64,000 bases of DNA from the human T2T-CHM13v2.0 reference genome, Homo sapiens: assembly GCF_009914755.1 (NCBI RefSeq), contig NC_060930.1. One strand, 5' to 3'. The notes under the pieces were generated by a model. The model ran no database searches. It was given only the letters and a program-made list of their open reading frames with translations, and was not told the origin of the DNA. Of the stretch, positions 28,431 through 41,346 are shown piece by piece; positions within the stretch are counted from its first letter, which is position 1, and each line of letters begins with the position of its first letter. The position numbers and the translations under genes were made by a program.

Positions 28431-28999
28431 AGTGATGCATTAAGGTACATTAAGCCCCTGGCCCTTAGAAGATGCTCAGTAAACAACAGCTATTATAACT
28501 GTCATGGGTTTAGAGGAGGGCAGGGGTTCCTTCCAGGGTTTCCAGCTCACATGATGTTAAGCACTGTGTTATGCACTAGGCATTTCAGAGGAAGAAGCTC
28601 GAGTTCATGATGTTGAGGACTTCAGTTCTAACGAGAGAGCTAATGCCACATTACAGAAAATAAACAGTGACTAACACATAGCCGCACAGAGAGTAGCAAA
28701 CCCCCCAAGCATGGCAGAACTAGAGATTTAGGACTCCAGGCCTGTAATGATGAGCCGTGGAATTAACCCCACACTGGGCATCTGAGACTGAGGGGTTCCA
28801 GTCCCAGCGCTTCACCCAGCTGCCAGAGAGCCTCTGCTTCTCCATTTTCTCATGTATAAATGAGAGAGTTGGATTTGGTTAATCTCTATGGTCCATTTCT
28901 GATCGTACATTCTAAATTTTTTTTAATTCTCTCACTTTAAACAGCTGCCAGCCTGCCTGCCTTTCTTCTTCTCATGAGCTTTGTTTTTAATGCGATAAA

Positions 29000-29300
29000 T
29001 AAAACAAAGACTTTTGCCCACATGGAGTTTACATTTTAGGGGAGACAGATAATAAAGATAATAAGCCCAATGTATAAGATGTCAGGTGGTTAGGAGTGCT
29101 ACGGAGAAAAATTAGGCAGGGGATAGGGGATGATCAGGAGGAGGGTGTGCAACTTAACTGAGGAAGGCCTCCCTAGCAGGTAACAAATAAGCAAACCCCT
29201 GGAGGAGGAGAGGGAATGGGGAACAGCAGGGCCAGGGATCCCAAGGATGGTGAGTGGCCTTCACGGTGTGTGCAGGGGGCCTTGCAGACAGTGCTGCAGC
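29000..29300 (-). mobile_element. L2 LINE fragment
   Basis: 'catggagtttacattttaggggagacagataataa...gtgctacggagaaaaa'. Confidence 0.7.
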
Positions 29301-29687
29301 ACAGACACAGGTGGGCGGGTGCGTGAGCTGGGAGCATGTGGAAGCTCTCTCCCCTCAATGGTGTCTGTCACGGTGAAATAGGAGGTGAGGTCATGAACTG
29401 AAAGGACAGGGATGGAGGTGTCAGAGGTTGGAGGAGAAGAGAGAAGCCATGAAATGGCTACCTGGGAGAGTGGGAGCAAGAAGGACAAGGGAAATGCTTA
29501 ATTCCTTTCTGTGCCTTAAGAAACTGGTTCTCATGACCTAGCTGGGGCACAATAGAGCATTTTTATCCATTCACACATTCATTTGGCTAAATGTGGGTGA
29601 GTGCCATTGGCTGGCACCCTCTGAGGCAATGTCAGACCAAGAGACCTTTATATAGGGTCACCAGACCTCCCTATTAGCCCAGGACTT

Positions 29688-30040
29688 TCCCTGAGACAAA
29701 GATTTGAATGTAAGTTATTTATTGGGGAAGTAAAGGTTGGCGGTTAAGGAAAGGAGGAGCAAATCCCAGTGGCCACCGTGGGCAGCTGGGGCTCAGCCCT
29801 ATGGGGGCCTCCAGGAGACTGTAGAGCACTGCATCACCATCCCCATGGAGGAGGAGAGTGTGCGTCCACCAACTCCTGTCCCTCACTGGCTATGCGCTGC
29901 TCCCCACGGTGTTAACTCTGGCTTTTCTAGCCTGCTCCAGTGAACAAAGAAAGCCCCCAGGCTGGCAGTGAGCACCTCAGAGGGTATAAGAGCAGTGAGG
30001 GTAAGAAAATATGAGCAGGCATCAGCAGCCTCAGTACCAC
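29688..30040 (-). mobile_element. LTR16-like ERVL LTR fragment, flanked by MER94-like ends (about 29653 and 30085)
   Basis: 'ccctgagacaaagatttgaatgtaagttatttattgggga' is shared with the LTR16-like copies at 51869 and 58358. Confidence 0.6.
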
Positions 30041-33000
30041 GCTTGGAAGTGTCTTGGCTTAGATAAAAGGTTATATGTCATCCTAAGTATAAGACACAGT
30101 CCTTCCCTTCAAAGGATGAATTTAGAAGGGAGGCTAAGAAAAGGCTTAAACATAAAAAAAAGTAAAAAGAAACCATAAGAGAAGAAACAGGATGGCATAG
30201 GCTAAATGCCAAGTGAGTCTAGTCATCAAGGAGTTAGGGGAGGAGGTGACTTCTGGGACCTGGGATGGAGGAGAAGGCGCCTGAACTGGGTGGAACTGGG
30301 TGAGCAGGCAAGTAGCAGAGGGCATGAGCAGGGACCTGCTTCACCGAGATGGCTGTGTTTTGCCTTTGTATCCAAAGCTGACACAATGACAGGTGGCTGC
30401 TGCTAACTTGGAGACCCCAAGGTGTGGTAGAGAAAGACTGATGCTCATCCAGAGATGCCTCTGGCCACCTGCGCCCTGCAGGTGCAAGGCAGTCTTGATT
30501 TGCAGCTGAGGCTGCTGTTTGGGAAGCTGTCATGGTTCAGAGGCTTTTCTTCAGGGAAGCATAAAACAAAGAAGGAGCTTCTCGCAGGTTGTTATAAAGC
30601 AGTCTCAAAAATATACCTCTGATTTCCAGCCTTCCTGCACAGGGCAGCTGCTGAAGACACAGCCATGATTCACTCCAACAAATGATCTCAGCATCTTTCT
30701 TCCTGCAACACTGTAGAAGTTTCGGAAATTTGGCCTGTGGTTCACTCCTGTTCTCCAAACTCTGAAGCGTGGGGGTAGCTGAGCACTTGGATTCCGTATT
30801 TTGATCAGGATGAATTAATTCGTGCACAAACACACAATCACAGACCTACCACTTGGGTTGGGTGTTCTAATGAGGGAGGTGATTGCATGATGCTGAGTCA
30901 GGACAGGGTGGCCCTAGCCTAATTGCCTTCCATTCTAGGCCTGGAGACCAGTGTCTGCTGTGCTCCTGAGGTGAACCCTCTCCTTTCTCCAGCCACCTCC
31001 TCCTGTCCCTTTACCGAGATGCAGACTCTCCCAGGTTCCTCCTTTCAGTCCTGTTCCCAAACTGCAATAGCTCTCCCCAGAATTACCACAAAAGCCAAAA
31101 ATCTACTCATCTGCTTCCACACACTTCTTCCCACCCTGTGTTTGGGGAATTAATTGTTCTCAAACACCTCTTTGTTCTTTTTGCCCCATATGGTTCAGGA
31201 ACATTCAATGGCTCCCTACGACCCACAGAATAAAATCCACATTCAAACAGAAGGCCCTCCACCAACCAACTTCTGCTCCCTGCTTCCCACCGTCTTAGCT
31301 CCTTACATCCCAAGACAGCCTATCTGCATTAGCCAAGTCCCTCAACTTGCTCTCCCTGCAAGACTTGCTCGTTCTGACTTCCCAGATTTCTACTTTCACA
31401 TTCTCCCTGCCTTCAAGAGGTCCCTCCCCTTAGCAAATCCATTTCCATTGCTTGAAGCCAGAAGAGGTGACAACAGTGAACTTTCCCAAAGACTAAACAC
31501 TCACTGCACACTGATCACCATGACTAATCAGTGTGCCCTTCAAGTCAGGACCCACATACTTGATGATTGAATGAACAAATAAAGAAGCCTTCCTGGCTAG
31601 GCCTCCCTGTTCAGATAATCCCCCTTGATACGGCGAGTCTCAGCATGAGTGGGTAGAATAGTTACAGCTTGAGTCGTTTCCCCTTACCCCACAGCCCCCT
31701 ATATGTAGCAATTTGCAATTTCGCTGAGGCAGATTTTAGTGTCTTGCTGTGAGGCTGATGCTTAAAGTGACTTAGCTAGAGAGAGAACCCTACAGAGCAT
31801 TCAGCCTCCAAATTTAAACTCGGTTCTGTTTTACTCTGCTCATCTGTCACATATGCAGTGGTTGTCAGGAAGTAATTTCAGAAAATGTTTTTCCTCCTGA
31901 AAATGACCAATTTTTTTCCCAAGGGAAATAGAAGACTTTGGTAATGGTGTAAAGGCAGTCCCCTTGTGGTACTGGCAATGCTGGCCTCCTTTTTGATTTG
32001 ACTGTAGGCTCCCCCTCTGTTTGGTTCATATTGGCTCCTCAGTGCCTGGCACATGGAAAGTGTTCAATGTTCATTTACTCTATGTGTAAATACATGAGTG
32101 GGGACTGTACTGTGCAACTGTGCTTCAGAAATGTAGTTCTAGACAGGAATGCATTTCAGGGAAAAGCCAGGAAGCTGCACAAACATTTTAGCATTCAAAA
32201 ACATGAGGATTTACAATGTTTCCCAGATAAATCACTCATGCAAGCCCACAGCTTCTCCTGCACATGGCCATCTGCCCCATTGGAATTTCCTGCTGTTCTT
32301 TCAGGTGCACGTGGTTGTGTCCTCAACTTAAACAGTTTCTTGAGGGCAGGCACTTGGTGTCGTGTCTTCATGTCCCTCACAGAGCTTGAACAGTGCTGGC
32401 AAGATCACAGAAGGTGGAGAGTAAATGTTTGCTGACTAACCAATGGGAAGGTTCCCTTGGGAAAGGATGGATTTGCAACTCTGCCCATGGGCCCTAGAGC
32501 CACCCATGTGGTGCCCCTTTCTCAGGGAGCAGGTGCCTACCCCTCCCCTCCTGGAGTAGCCACATCAGGGCAGCTCTAAGGCCAAGACTACCTTCAGCAG
32601 TACAAGAATCACAGACTGTTAAAAATGTCAGAGCTTACAGGCCACCTCATTCAACCTCCTTGTTTTTCAAGCGAGGGAACTCTGAATCCAGGGAAAGGAG
32701 CTAATTCTGTCTCAAGCTCTCAATGCCCAGTGCCCGCTTATCCTTCCCACACAGGATGCTCCTTCCTGTTGGCCTTCTCAAGCCTCCTTGCCCCTCTAAG
32801 ACTGCTGAGGCCCCCATTGTCCAGGAGGGCCCAGGTTCACATTAACCTTGCACACAGGAAATAGTTAGTGAATATAGCTGTGGAATAAATGAATGACCTC
32901 TACAATTAGAGTATCATATCCTGGTATTTTTGAGATGAGAAACCACTCTGCCTCTCACCTGCAGCCCTAAGCTTCCCTGAGGCTTCTGGGAGTTCTGGTT

Positions 33001-33152
33001 GGACTGATGAGCTGGAGGTGAATGCTAAGGGGGACCTTATCTGCAACCTACACGCAATCACTCACCCCTCTTCCCATATCCTGAATTGCCTACAGACCCA
33101 CAGACAGGCACCAGGGCTCCATGATTCAATTGTTTTAACTCGAACAGCATTT

Positions 33153-33510
33153 GTTATTGTTTTTCATTTTTAATTTTTGTGGTATATAATAGGTATATAT
33201 ATTTATGGTATACATGAGATGTTTTCATACAGGCATGCAATGTGAAATAAGCACATCATGGAGAATGGATTATCCATCCCCTCAAGTATTTCTCCATTGA
33301 GTTGCAAACGATCCATTTACACAAGTTATTTTAAAATGTACAATTAAGTTATTGTTGACTACAGTCACCTTGTTGTGCTATCAAGTAGGAGGTCTTGTTC
33401 ATTCTAACTACATTTTTTGTACCCATTAACCATCCGCACCTCCCCCACAGCTCACCACTACCCATCCCAGCCTCTGGTAACCAGCTTTCTACTCACTATG
33501 TCCATGAGTT
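33153..33510 (-). mobile_element. L1MA2/3-like 5'-truncated 3' end
   Basis: 'catacaggcatgcaatgtgaaataagcacatcatggagaatgg...tacccattaaccatcc...cagcctctggtaacca'. TSD gaacag(c/t)attt at 33142-33152 and 33511-33521. Confidence 0.88.
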
Positions 33511-34617
33511 GAACAGTATTTATATTGTGTTTCTTCTATGTTCCAGGCACAGAGCCACAGGCTTGGGTCCCTTTACATGAAATTTATAGTCCCTCACTGA
33601 ACGTCCCTGTTTTGGACAGAAGAACCATCTCTGATTTATCACTCTGTCTTGTGAAATACAAAGAAATAAGGTCTTCAAGTTACCATGTCCATTTACCCAC
33701 CCCAGACATCCTCTCAACCAAATCACTGTGAACTTATCATGGAGTTCCAGTGCCCCACCACAAAGAAGAGAAGGAAGAGTAGAAAGGGTTTGGCTAGAGT
33801 TTCCTGGCCTGGCTTTTCTATTCTACTGGGTAGACCCTCATGGGGCCCAGAGGCTCAGTGACATCTGCCCTCCTCTGGCAGTCATGTAGGATGGAGACAC
33901 TCCAGGTACCAGAAGGGTCCCAGCTAAAGGAAAGTCCAGTTGTACAGCCCCTAGAGAGAATCTCCTAGGCCTCACTGGAGAAAGATGGCATCACCCCAGG
34001 GCTCCTGCCTGAGGACCAACTTATTCCAAGGCCTTTACTTAGTAGAAGAACATATAACACCATTATGTAACTTTGAAAAGTAAAATCCATGTTGATTAAT
34101 AAAAGTGACTTTTCCAAAGCTGTACTAACGTGTGCTCAATTTCAAATCCATTTCCCTTGCTTAATAGACTGAAAAGGTTTGAGGGATGACTTTCAATCAG
34201 GGTGCTTTGTCATGGTCCCCAGAGAAACTCTTCTCTTCAGGGGCCAGCATGGAGGAGGAGAGGCAGGGATTGTCTGCTTTCTCGGCATAATCTAGATTCT
34301 ACAGACCCTGGACACTCTGATATCAGTCCTATGGTGAAGCAGGAGAAAAATTGAGACCCTCTGGCAACATGTCTTATCTGGGGATGATAGCTCTCCTCCA
34401 ACCTCATCCTAGGGGTTCTTCAAGAGGACTTCCTTGAGAGCAAGATGTTGAAACTATAGTAAAACAAAACAAACCCAAACACACCATGAGCTGAAGCTTT
34501 GGAATCCTAAACTCTGGCTCAGGTCTCCCATTAACTTGCCATGTCTCCTTGGGCAAATAGTTTCACGTTTCTGCACCTTAATTCCCCCATCTATGTAATG
34601 AGAAAATCTAACAAGAT

Positions 34618-34806
34618 GAGTGGTTCTCAGTTGGGAGCTGATCCCCACCTAAGTGGTCGGGGGAGGTCACTACAACTTGTGGGGCTACTGGTATTTAGTG
34701 GGTAAGGTCATGGATCCTAAATGACTTACAATGCATAAAACAGTACCCTATGATAAACAAATTATCCCACCCAAAATGCCAGAAGCAAACTCACTGAGAA
34801 ATATTG
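34618..34806. mobile_element. MER20-like hAT-Charlie element inside a MIR
   Basis: TIR-like 'agtggttctca'...'tgagaaatattg', with internal 'aattatcccacccaaaatgcca'. Confidence 0.6.
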
Positions 34807-34904
34807 AATTACATGATGTTCTGAGGTCTTCCCAACTTTGACAAGTCTGTGATTCTAAGTTTTAACTATCCCTGTTCCACCTCTCTTTCCTTGCTTTCTC
34901 CATG

Positions 34905-35388
34905 TAGTAAATATCTACCAAGTATCTTTCATGTGCCAGGCACTATTCTATGTGCTAGAGTGGTCGGTGGGAGCAAAACAAAGTTCTGGCTGCCATGGAG
35001 CTTATATTTTAGTGAGGAAGACAGATGAGAACCCCAGATACAATAGACACATGATCTATTATCATGTCATGAGAAGTGCCATGGAAAAGGCAAGCAGGGT
35101 GGGGGAGGATAAAGATGGGGCATGCAGGTGCTATCCTCTGTCAGATGGTCAGAGAAAGCCGTCTCCAACAAGTGACTTTTAAGCAGAACTGAAAGACGTG
35201 AGGAACAAGCCATATGGACATCTGGGAGTGAATGTTCCAGGGAGAGGACATGTGAAGACCACAACAAGTGAGTGAGCCTAGAGTATTTAAGCTTCAGCAA
35301 GGGGGCCAGTGTGGCTGGAACAGAGAGGATGAGGGGGAAAGTAAGGAGAAGATGAGATCGAAGACGGTATGAAGGTCAGATCATAGAG
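34905..35388 (-). mobile_element. L2 LINE fragment
   Basis: 'tgtgccaggcactattcta...catggagcttatatttt...ggccagtgtggctggaacagag'. Confidence 0.8.
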
Positions 35389-35585
35389 CACCTCTGCTAA
35401 AAGTCAGCATCGGCATAACCTGGGAGCTGGTTAGAAAGAGTCTCAGGCCTCACCCCAGACCTACTAAGTTAGTATCTACATTGATCAAGGTCCCCAGATT
35501 CTCAATTAAGGTTGAGAAGTGTGGTTGTAAGCAGCGGGTCTCAACCCTGGCTGCTCACCCGGGAAGTTTTTTAAAATGCTGGTGC

Positions 35586-38270
35586 TGGGATGGTTTAACA
35601 TATGCAAGTCAATAAATGTGATACATCACATAAACAGAATTAAAAACAAAAATCATATTATCATCCCAATAGACATAAAAAAGCATTTGGCAAAATCCAG
35701 CATCCCTTTATGATTAAGACCCTTAGCAAAATTGACATAGAAGGGATGTGCCTTAAGGTAATAAAAGTCATCTATGACAAACCCACAGCCAACATTATAC
35801 TGAACAGGAAAAGTTGAAAGCATTCCCCCGAGAACTGGGACAAGACAAGAATGCCCACTTTTACCACTTCTGTTCAACATAGTACTGGAACTCCTCGCCA
35901 GAGCAATCAGACAAGAGAAAGAAATAAAGGGCATCCAAATTGGTAGAGAGGAAGTCAAACTGTCACTGTTTGCTGATGATATGGTTGTATACCTAGAAAA
36001 CCCTAAAGACTCATCCAAAAAGCTCCTAGATCTGATAAATGAATCTAGTAAATTTTCAGGATACAAAATCAGTGTACACAAATCAGTAGTACTGCTATAC
36101 GCCAACAGTGACCAACCTGAGAATCAAATCAAGAATTCAACCACTTTTACAATAGCTGCAAAAAAAATTAAACATTTAGGAATATACCTAACCAAGGAGG
36201 TAAAAGACCTCTACAAGGAAACTACAAAACACTGTTGAAAGATATCATAGACGACACAAACAAATGGAAACACATCTCATGCTCATGGATGGGGAGAATC
36301 AACATTGTGAAAATAACCATACTGCCAAAAACCATCTACATACAAATTCAATGCAATTCCCATCAAAGTACCATCATCATTCTTCACAGAACTAGAGAAA
36401 ACAATGCTAAAATTCATATGGAATCAAAAAAAGAATCCACATAGCCAAAGCAAGACTAAGCAAGAATAACAAATCTGGAGGCATCACATTACCCAACTGC
36501 GAACTGTACTACAAGGCTATAGTCATCAAAACAGCATGGTACTGGTATAAAAATAGTCACATAGACCAGTGGAACAGAATAGAGAATCCAGAAATAAAGC
36601 CAAATACTTACAGCCAACTGACCTTCAACAAAACAAACAAAAGCATAAAGTAAGTAAAGGACACCCTATCCAACAAATGGTGCTGGGATAATTGGCAAGC
36701 CACATGTCAAAAAATAAAACTGGATCCTCATCTCTCACCTTATACAAAAATCAACTCAAGATGGATCCAAGACTTAAATCTGGCCAGGCACGGTGGCTCA
36801 CAACTGTAATCCCAGCACTTTGGAGGCCGAGGCAGGAGGATAATTTGAGGTCAGGAGTTCGAGACCAGTCTGGCCAACATGGGGAAGCCCTGTCTCTACT
36901 AAAACTACAAAAATTAGCTGGGCATGGTGACGGGCACCTGTAATCCCAGTTACTCAGAAGGCTGAGGCAGGAGAATTGCTTGAACCTTGGAAGCTGAGGC
37001 TACAGTGAGCTGAGATCATGCCACTGCACTCTAGCCTGGGCAACAGAGCAAGACTCCATCTCAAAAAAAAAAAAAAGACTGAAATCTAAGACCCGAAACC
37101 ATAAAAATTCTGGAAGATAACATTGGAAAAACACTTCTAGACATTGGCTTCAGCAAAGACTTCATGACCAAGAACCCAAAAGCAAATGCAACAAAAGCAA
37201 AGATAAATAGATAGGACTTAACTGAACTAAAAAGCTTCTGCACACCAAAAGAAATAATCAGCAGAGTAAACAGACAACCCAGAATGGGAGAAAATTTTCA
37301 CAAATTATGCACCCAACAAAGGACTAATATCCAGCATCTACAAGGAACTCAAACAAATCAGCAAGGAAAAAAAAAATCCCATCAAAAATGGGCTAAAGAC
37401 ATGAATAGACAATTCTCAAAAGAAGATATACAAATGGCCAAGAAACATATGAAAAAATGGTCAACATTACTAATTACCAGGGAAATGTAAATCAAAACCA
37501 CAATGTGATACCACCTTACTCCTGCAAAAATGGCCATAATTAAAAAATAAAAAAATAATAGATGTTGGTGTGGATGTGGTGAAAAGGGAACATGTTAAAC
37601 TGCTGGTGGGAATGTAAATTAGTACAACCACTATGGAAAACAGCATGGAGATTCCTTAAAGAACTAAAAGTAGATCTACCATTTGATTCAGCAATCCCAC
37701 TACTGGGCATCTATGCAGAGGAAAAGAAGTCATTACACAAAAAAAATAAAATAAAATAAAATAATTTTAAAAAAAAACACTTGCACATACATGTTTATAG
37801 CAGCACAATTCACAATTGTGAAAATATGAAACCAGTCCAAATGCCCATCAATCAACGAGTGGATAAAGAAAACTGGTACACACACACACACATATACACA
37901 CCATGGAACACTACTCAGACATAAAAAGGAATGAAATAATGGCATTTGCAGCAAACCAGATGGAGTTGGAGACCATTACTTGAAGTGAAGTAACTCAGGA
38001 ATGAAGTGAAGTAACATTGTATGTTCTCACTTATATAAGTGGGAGCTAAACTATGAGGATGCAAAGGCATAAGAATATGATCCAATGGACTTTGGGGACT
38101 CAGGGGGAAGTGTGGAAGGTGGGTGGGGGATAAAAGACCACACACTGGGTACAGTGTACACTGCTCAGTTGATGGGTGCACCAAAATCTCAGAAATCACC
38201 ACCAAAGAACTTTTTCATGTAACCAAACACCACTTGTTCTCCAAAAACTATTGAAATTAAATGAATAAAT
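35586..38270 (+). mobile_element. 5'-truncated L1PB (L1PB2-like), about 2.4 kb excluding the Alu, inserted in a MER5 element
   Basis: L1 ORF2 relic [18 protein letters not shown] (FADD at 35969-35980) with frameshifts and stops. L1PB-type 3'UTR ('ctgggtacagtgtacactgctc...gggtgcaccaaaatctcagaaatcacc'). Degenerate TSD aatgctggtgc (35575-35585) / aatgctgatac (38271-38281). Confidence 0.93.
36782..37074 (+). mobile_element. Alu (AluSx/Sz-like) nested in L1PB
   Basis: TSD aagact(t/g)aaatct at 36769-36781 and 37075-37087. Confidence 0.97.
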
Positions 38271-39164
38271 AATGCTGATACCCAGGTCCCATCCCAGACC
38301 AATTAAGATTTCCTGGTGGTAGGTCTAAGTAAATATATTTATTATAAAATCTTCCCAGGTAATTCAAAACGTGCAGCCACGATCAGACCACTGGATCACA
38401 CATGTCCACACCTTTCAGCCTCACTAAGCAAACTCGGTGAAACGGATGAGCCTCTGCAAGGGCGTGGATGCCTCTGCACTGGAGCTGCTTGCTGCATTCT
38501 CTGTCCCCCCTGCTGACTGTCAGGTCCTCAAAGATAGGGTTGTGCAGCCTTCACTGCTGTGTCCCCAGTGCCTAGCCTGTAGGATCTGCCCCGTGCATAG
38601 CTGTTTAAGAAATAGATGAACATTTGAATGACCAGAGAGAACTTGCCTGCCACACCCAACCTTACCTGTCACATAGGATTCCCAGCTGGGAGCTTTGGTG
38701 ACTCCAGCCCCATCTGGGAGGGATGCTTCTCATGGTACCTCTCCTCCTCCTTCAGACAATGGCTCCCTCAACCACTAACAATTCTGACTCCATCTTCTCC
38801 CCTTGGTGATTCAGGTAAATGGAACCTTAGACCACTGGAGTCTAAGGTACCTTTAGAGGTCATCCCTGCCCCCACCCCCCGACATACACACACACCTCTC
38901 ACACAGAAGAAGAGATTACAGAAGAAGAGATTCCAGAAAGGGAAACTGACTTGCACAGAGGCATAGAGCAAAATGAGCAGCAGGGCTGGGCCTTGATTGC
39001 CATCCTCCAGCTCCCAGTCCAAAGCCCTGCCCACTGCCCCCCACTTGCTTCTTGGCCTTTGCATCCCTCTTCCATGTCCCCTCTTCACTTCTTCTTAATT
39101 CCCTGCCTGCTGGCTCCAGTCTCTCTTCCTCCCTTATTTCTCACACCAGAGCCAGATCTAGATT

Positions 39165-39465
39165 GGCCAGGAGCAGTGGCTCACACCTGTAATCCCAGCA
39201 CTTTGTGAGGCCGAGGCGGACAGATCACCTGAGATCAGGAGTTCGAGACCAGCCTGGCCAATATGGTGAAACCCTGTGTCTACTAAAAGTACAAAAATTA
39301 GCTGGGCATGGTGGCATGTGCCTGTAATCCCAGCTACTAGGGAGGGTGAGGCAGGAGAATCGCTTGAACCTGAGGTGGAGGTTGCAGTGAGCCAAGATCA
39401 TGCCACTGCACTCCAGCCTGGGTGACATAGCAAGACTCTGTCTCAAAAAAAAAAGAAAAAGAAAA
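39165..39465 (+). mobile_element. Alu (AluSx-like)
   Basis: Full dimeric Alu with an A-rich tail. Confidence 0.97.
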
Positions 39466-39884
39466 TCGAATGGAGCCTGAAGCTTGTACAATTTTAGGAT
39501 CCCTTTTAAGGAAAACAGTACAATATTATGAACACGAAATAGGGTACAAAAGTAAATATCTTAAGAAACACATTAAAAATTAGAAACTCCAAAAGCTGAC
39601 AAATACCACAAATGTATCTACAATGCAGAAAAGTAATATCCTATCATTAACTGCTTGTCACAGCCCTCTAATACTAAACTTATAATTTTATACATTTGAT
39701 GACTGGGAGAATTTCCATCACCAGCTAGCTTCTGGCTCTATACTCAAACCTTGCTATTCCTCCACTACCCACATTCTTCTGGTGCTGGGTGCCATGGGTT
39801 CCATTTGCATGGTGAGGCAACTTGGCCTACATCACTACATAGGGTGTAGGAGCGCCCCTGGAAGCCATTCCTACGTGGGGATGG

Positions 39885-40241
39885 TGTATTAGTCCGTTTT
39901 CACACTGCTATAAAGAACTTCCCTGAGACTGGGTAATTTATAAAGGAAAGCTGTTTAATTGACTCACAGTTCCGTATGGCTGCGGAGGCCTCAGGAAACT
40001 TACAATCATTATGGAAGGCAAAGGGGAAGCAAGCACCTTCTTCAAAAGGGAGCAGGAAAGAGAGGGTAAAGGCACAGAAAAAGCTACCATTTATAAAACC
40101 ATCAGATCTGGTGAGAATTCACTCACCATCACAATAGCAGCATGGGGGAAAATGCCCCCCATAATCCAATCACTTCCCTCCCTCAACACGTAGGGATTAT
40201 AATTCTTGATGAGATTTGGGTGGGGACACTGAGCCAAACCA
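39885..40241 (-). mobile_element. THE1 (C/D-like) MaLR solo LTR
   Basis: 'tgtattagtccgttttcacactgctataaagaac...gatgagatttgggtggggacac.gagccaaacca'. Perfect TSD gatgg at 39880-39884 and 40242-40246. Confidence 0.92.
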
Positions 40242-40615
40242 GATGGGTAGCAAGATGTGTGGAAATGACTGTGAGCCATACCTATAACCCCCTGAACCCC
40301 AATTACATGCATTTCCAACTCAACACTGCATGGCAACTTGAAGGCCACCACGCAATAGAAAAGGCTGGAGGGAAAACTGCCATGAAGAGAATCAACAGTC
40401 ATAACTGACTGTGGTTTTACCACCATTTGCACATTTTACAGAAACATAGGCCCCCGCGTAAACGTCCCCAGGGCTTTGGAAGGGCCAGTGCAGCTGAGGG
40501 CCCCAAAGCCTAAATCTCACCCGCTTCAAGGTAAATCTGCCTCAGCCTTTACCCAATTTGCCCTCCTCCCCCTCAGGAAGGAGAATTTCCCACAGAGAGG
40601 ACACAGAAGCACAGA

Positions 40616-40906
<291 letters not shown>

Positions 40907-40928
40907 AGCACAGATTTTTAAATGTGTA

Positions 40929-41346
40929 TGTATCCAGTTGCCAGGGCAGCTGGAACAAAGTACCACAGACTGAGTGGCTTAAGCAAAGGAAGTATATAGT
41001 CTCACCACCTGGAGGCCAGAAGCCTGAGATCAAGGTATGGGCAGGGTTGGTTCCTCCTTAGGGCTGGGAGGGAGAATCCATTCCAGGCCTCGCCCAGCCT
41101 TATACATAACCATCTTTTCCCTGTGTCTCTTCACATCGTCTTCCTTCTATGGGTGTTTGTGTCCAAAACGTCCCCTTTTCAAAAGGACACCAGTCATACT
41201 GGATTAGGGCCTATTCTAATGACTTCATTTTAACTTGTTACCTCTGTAAGGATCCTATCTCCAAATAATGTTACATTCTGAGGTAATGGGGGTTAGGACT
41301 CTAATGTGTCGTATGGTAGGAGGAGGACATGAGTCTACACATAACA
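40929..41346 (-). mobile_element. MaLR solo LTR (MLT1B/C-like)
   Basis: 'aacaaagtaccacagactgagtggcttaa...ggacaccagtcatactggattagggcc...ctatctccaaataa'. Confidence 0.85.

Larger units (their letters stand above)
39147..40545 (-). mobile_element. hAT-Tip100 DNA transposon (Zaphod/MER115-like) hosting an Alu and a THE1 LTR
   Basis: Imperfect TIRs CAGAGCCAGATCTA (39147) and TAAATCTGCCTCAG (40532-40545). Internal 'ctagcttctggctc...cctccactacccaca' and 'ggaagggccagtgc..tgagggcccc' match the recalled Zaphod/MER115 consensus. Confidence 0.7.

Noticed and set aside
35653-36444. Reverse-transcriptase-like ORFs as a novel RT system
   Set aside because: They are frameshifted pieces of ordinary L1 ORF2 and its antisense reading in a 5'-truncated L1PB.
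38756-38814. Possible 59-nt exon (ctcctcctccttcag|...CAG|gtaaat)
   Set aside because: It does not preserve frame, its ATG frame stops inside the exon, and there are no supporting neighbouring exons. A lncRNA exon cannot be excluded.
38904-38938. 15-bp tandem duplication cagaagaagagatt(a/c)
   Set aside because: An ordinary slippage duplication in a MIR-like fragment.
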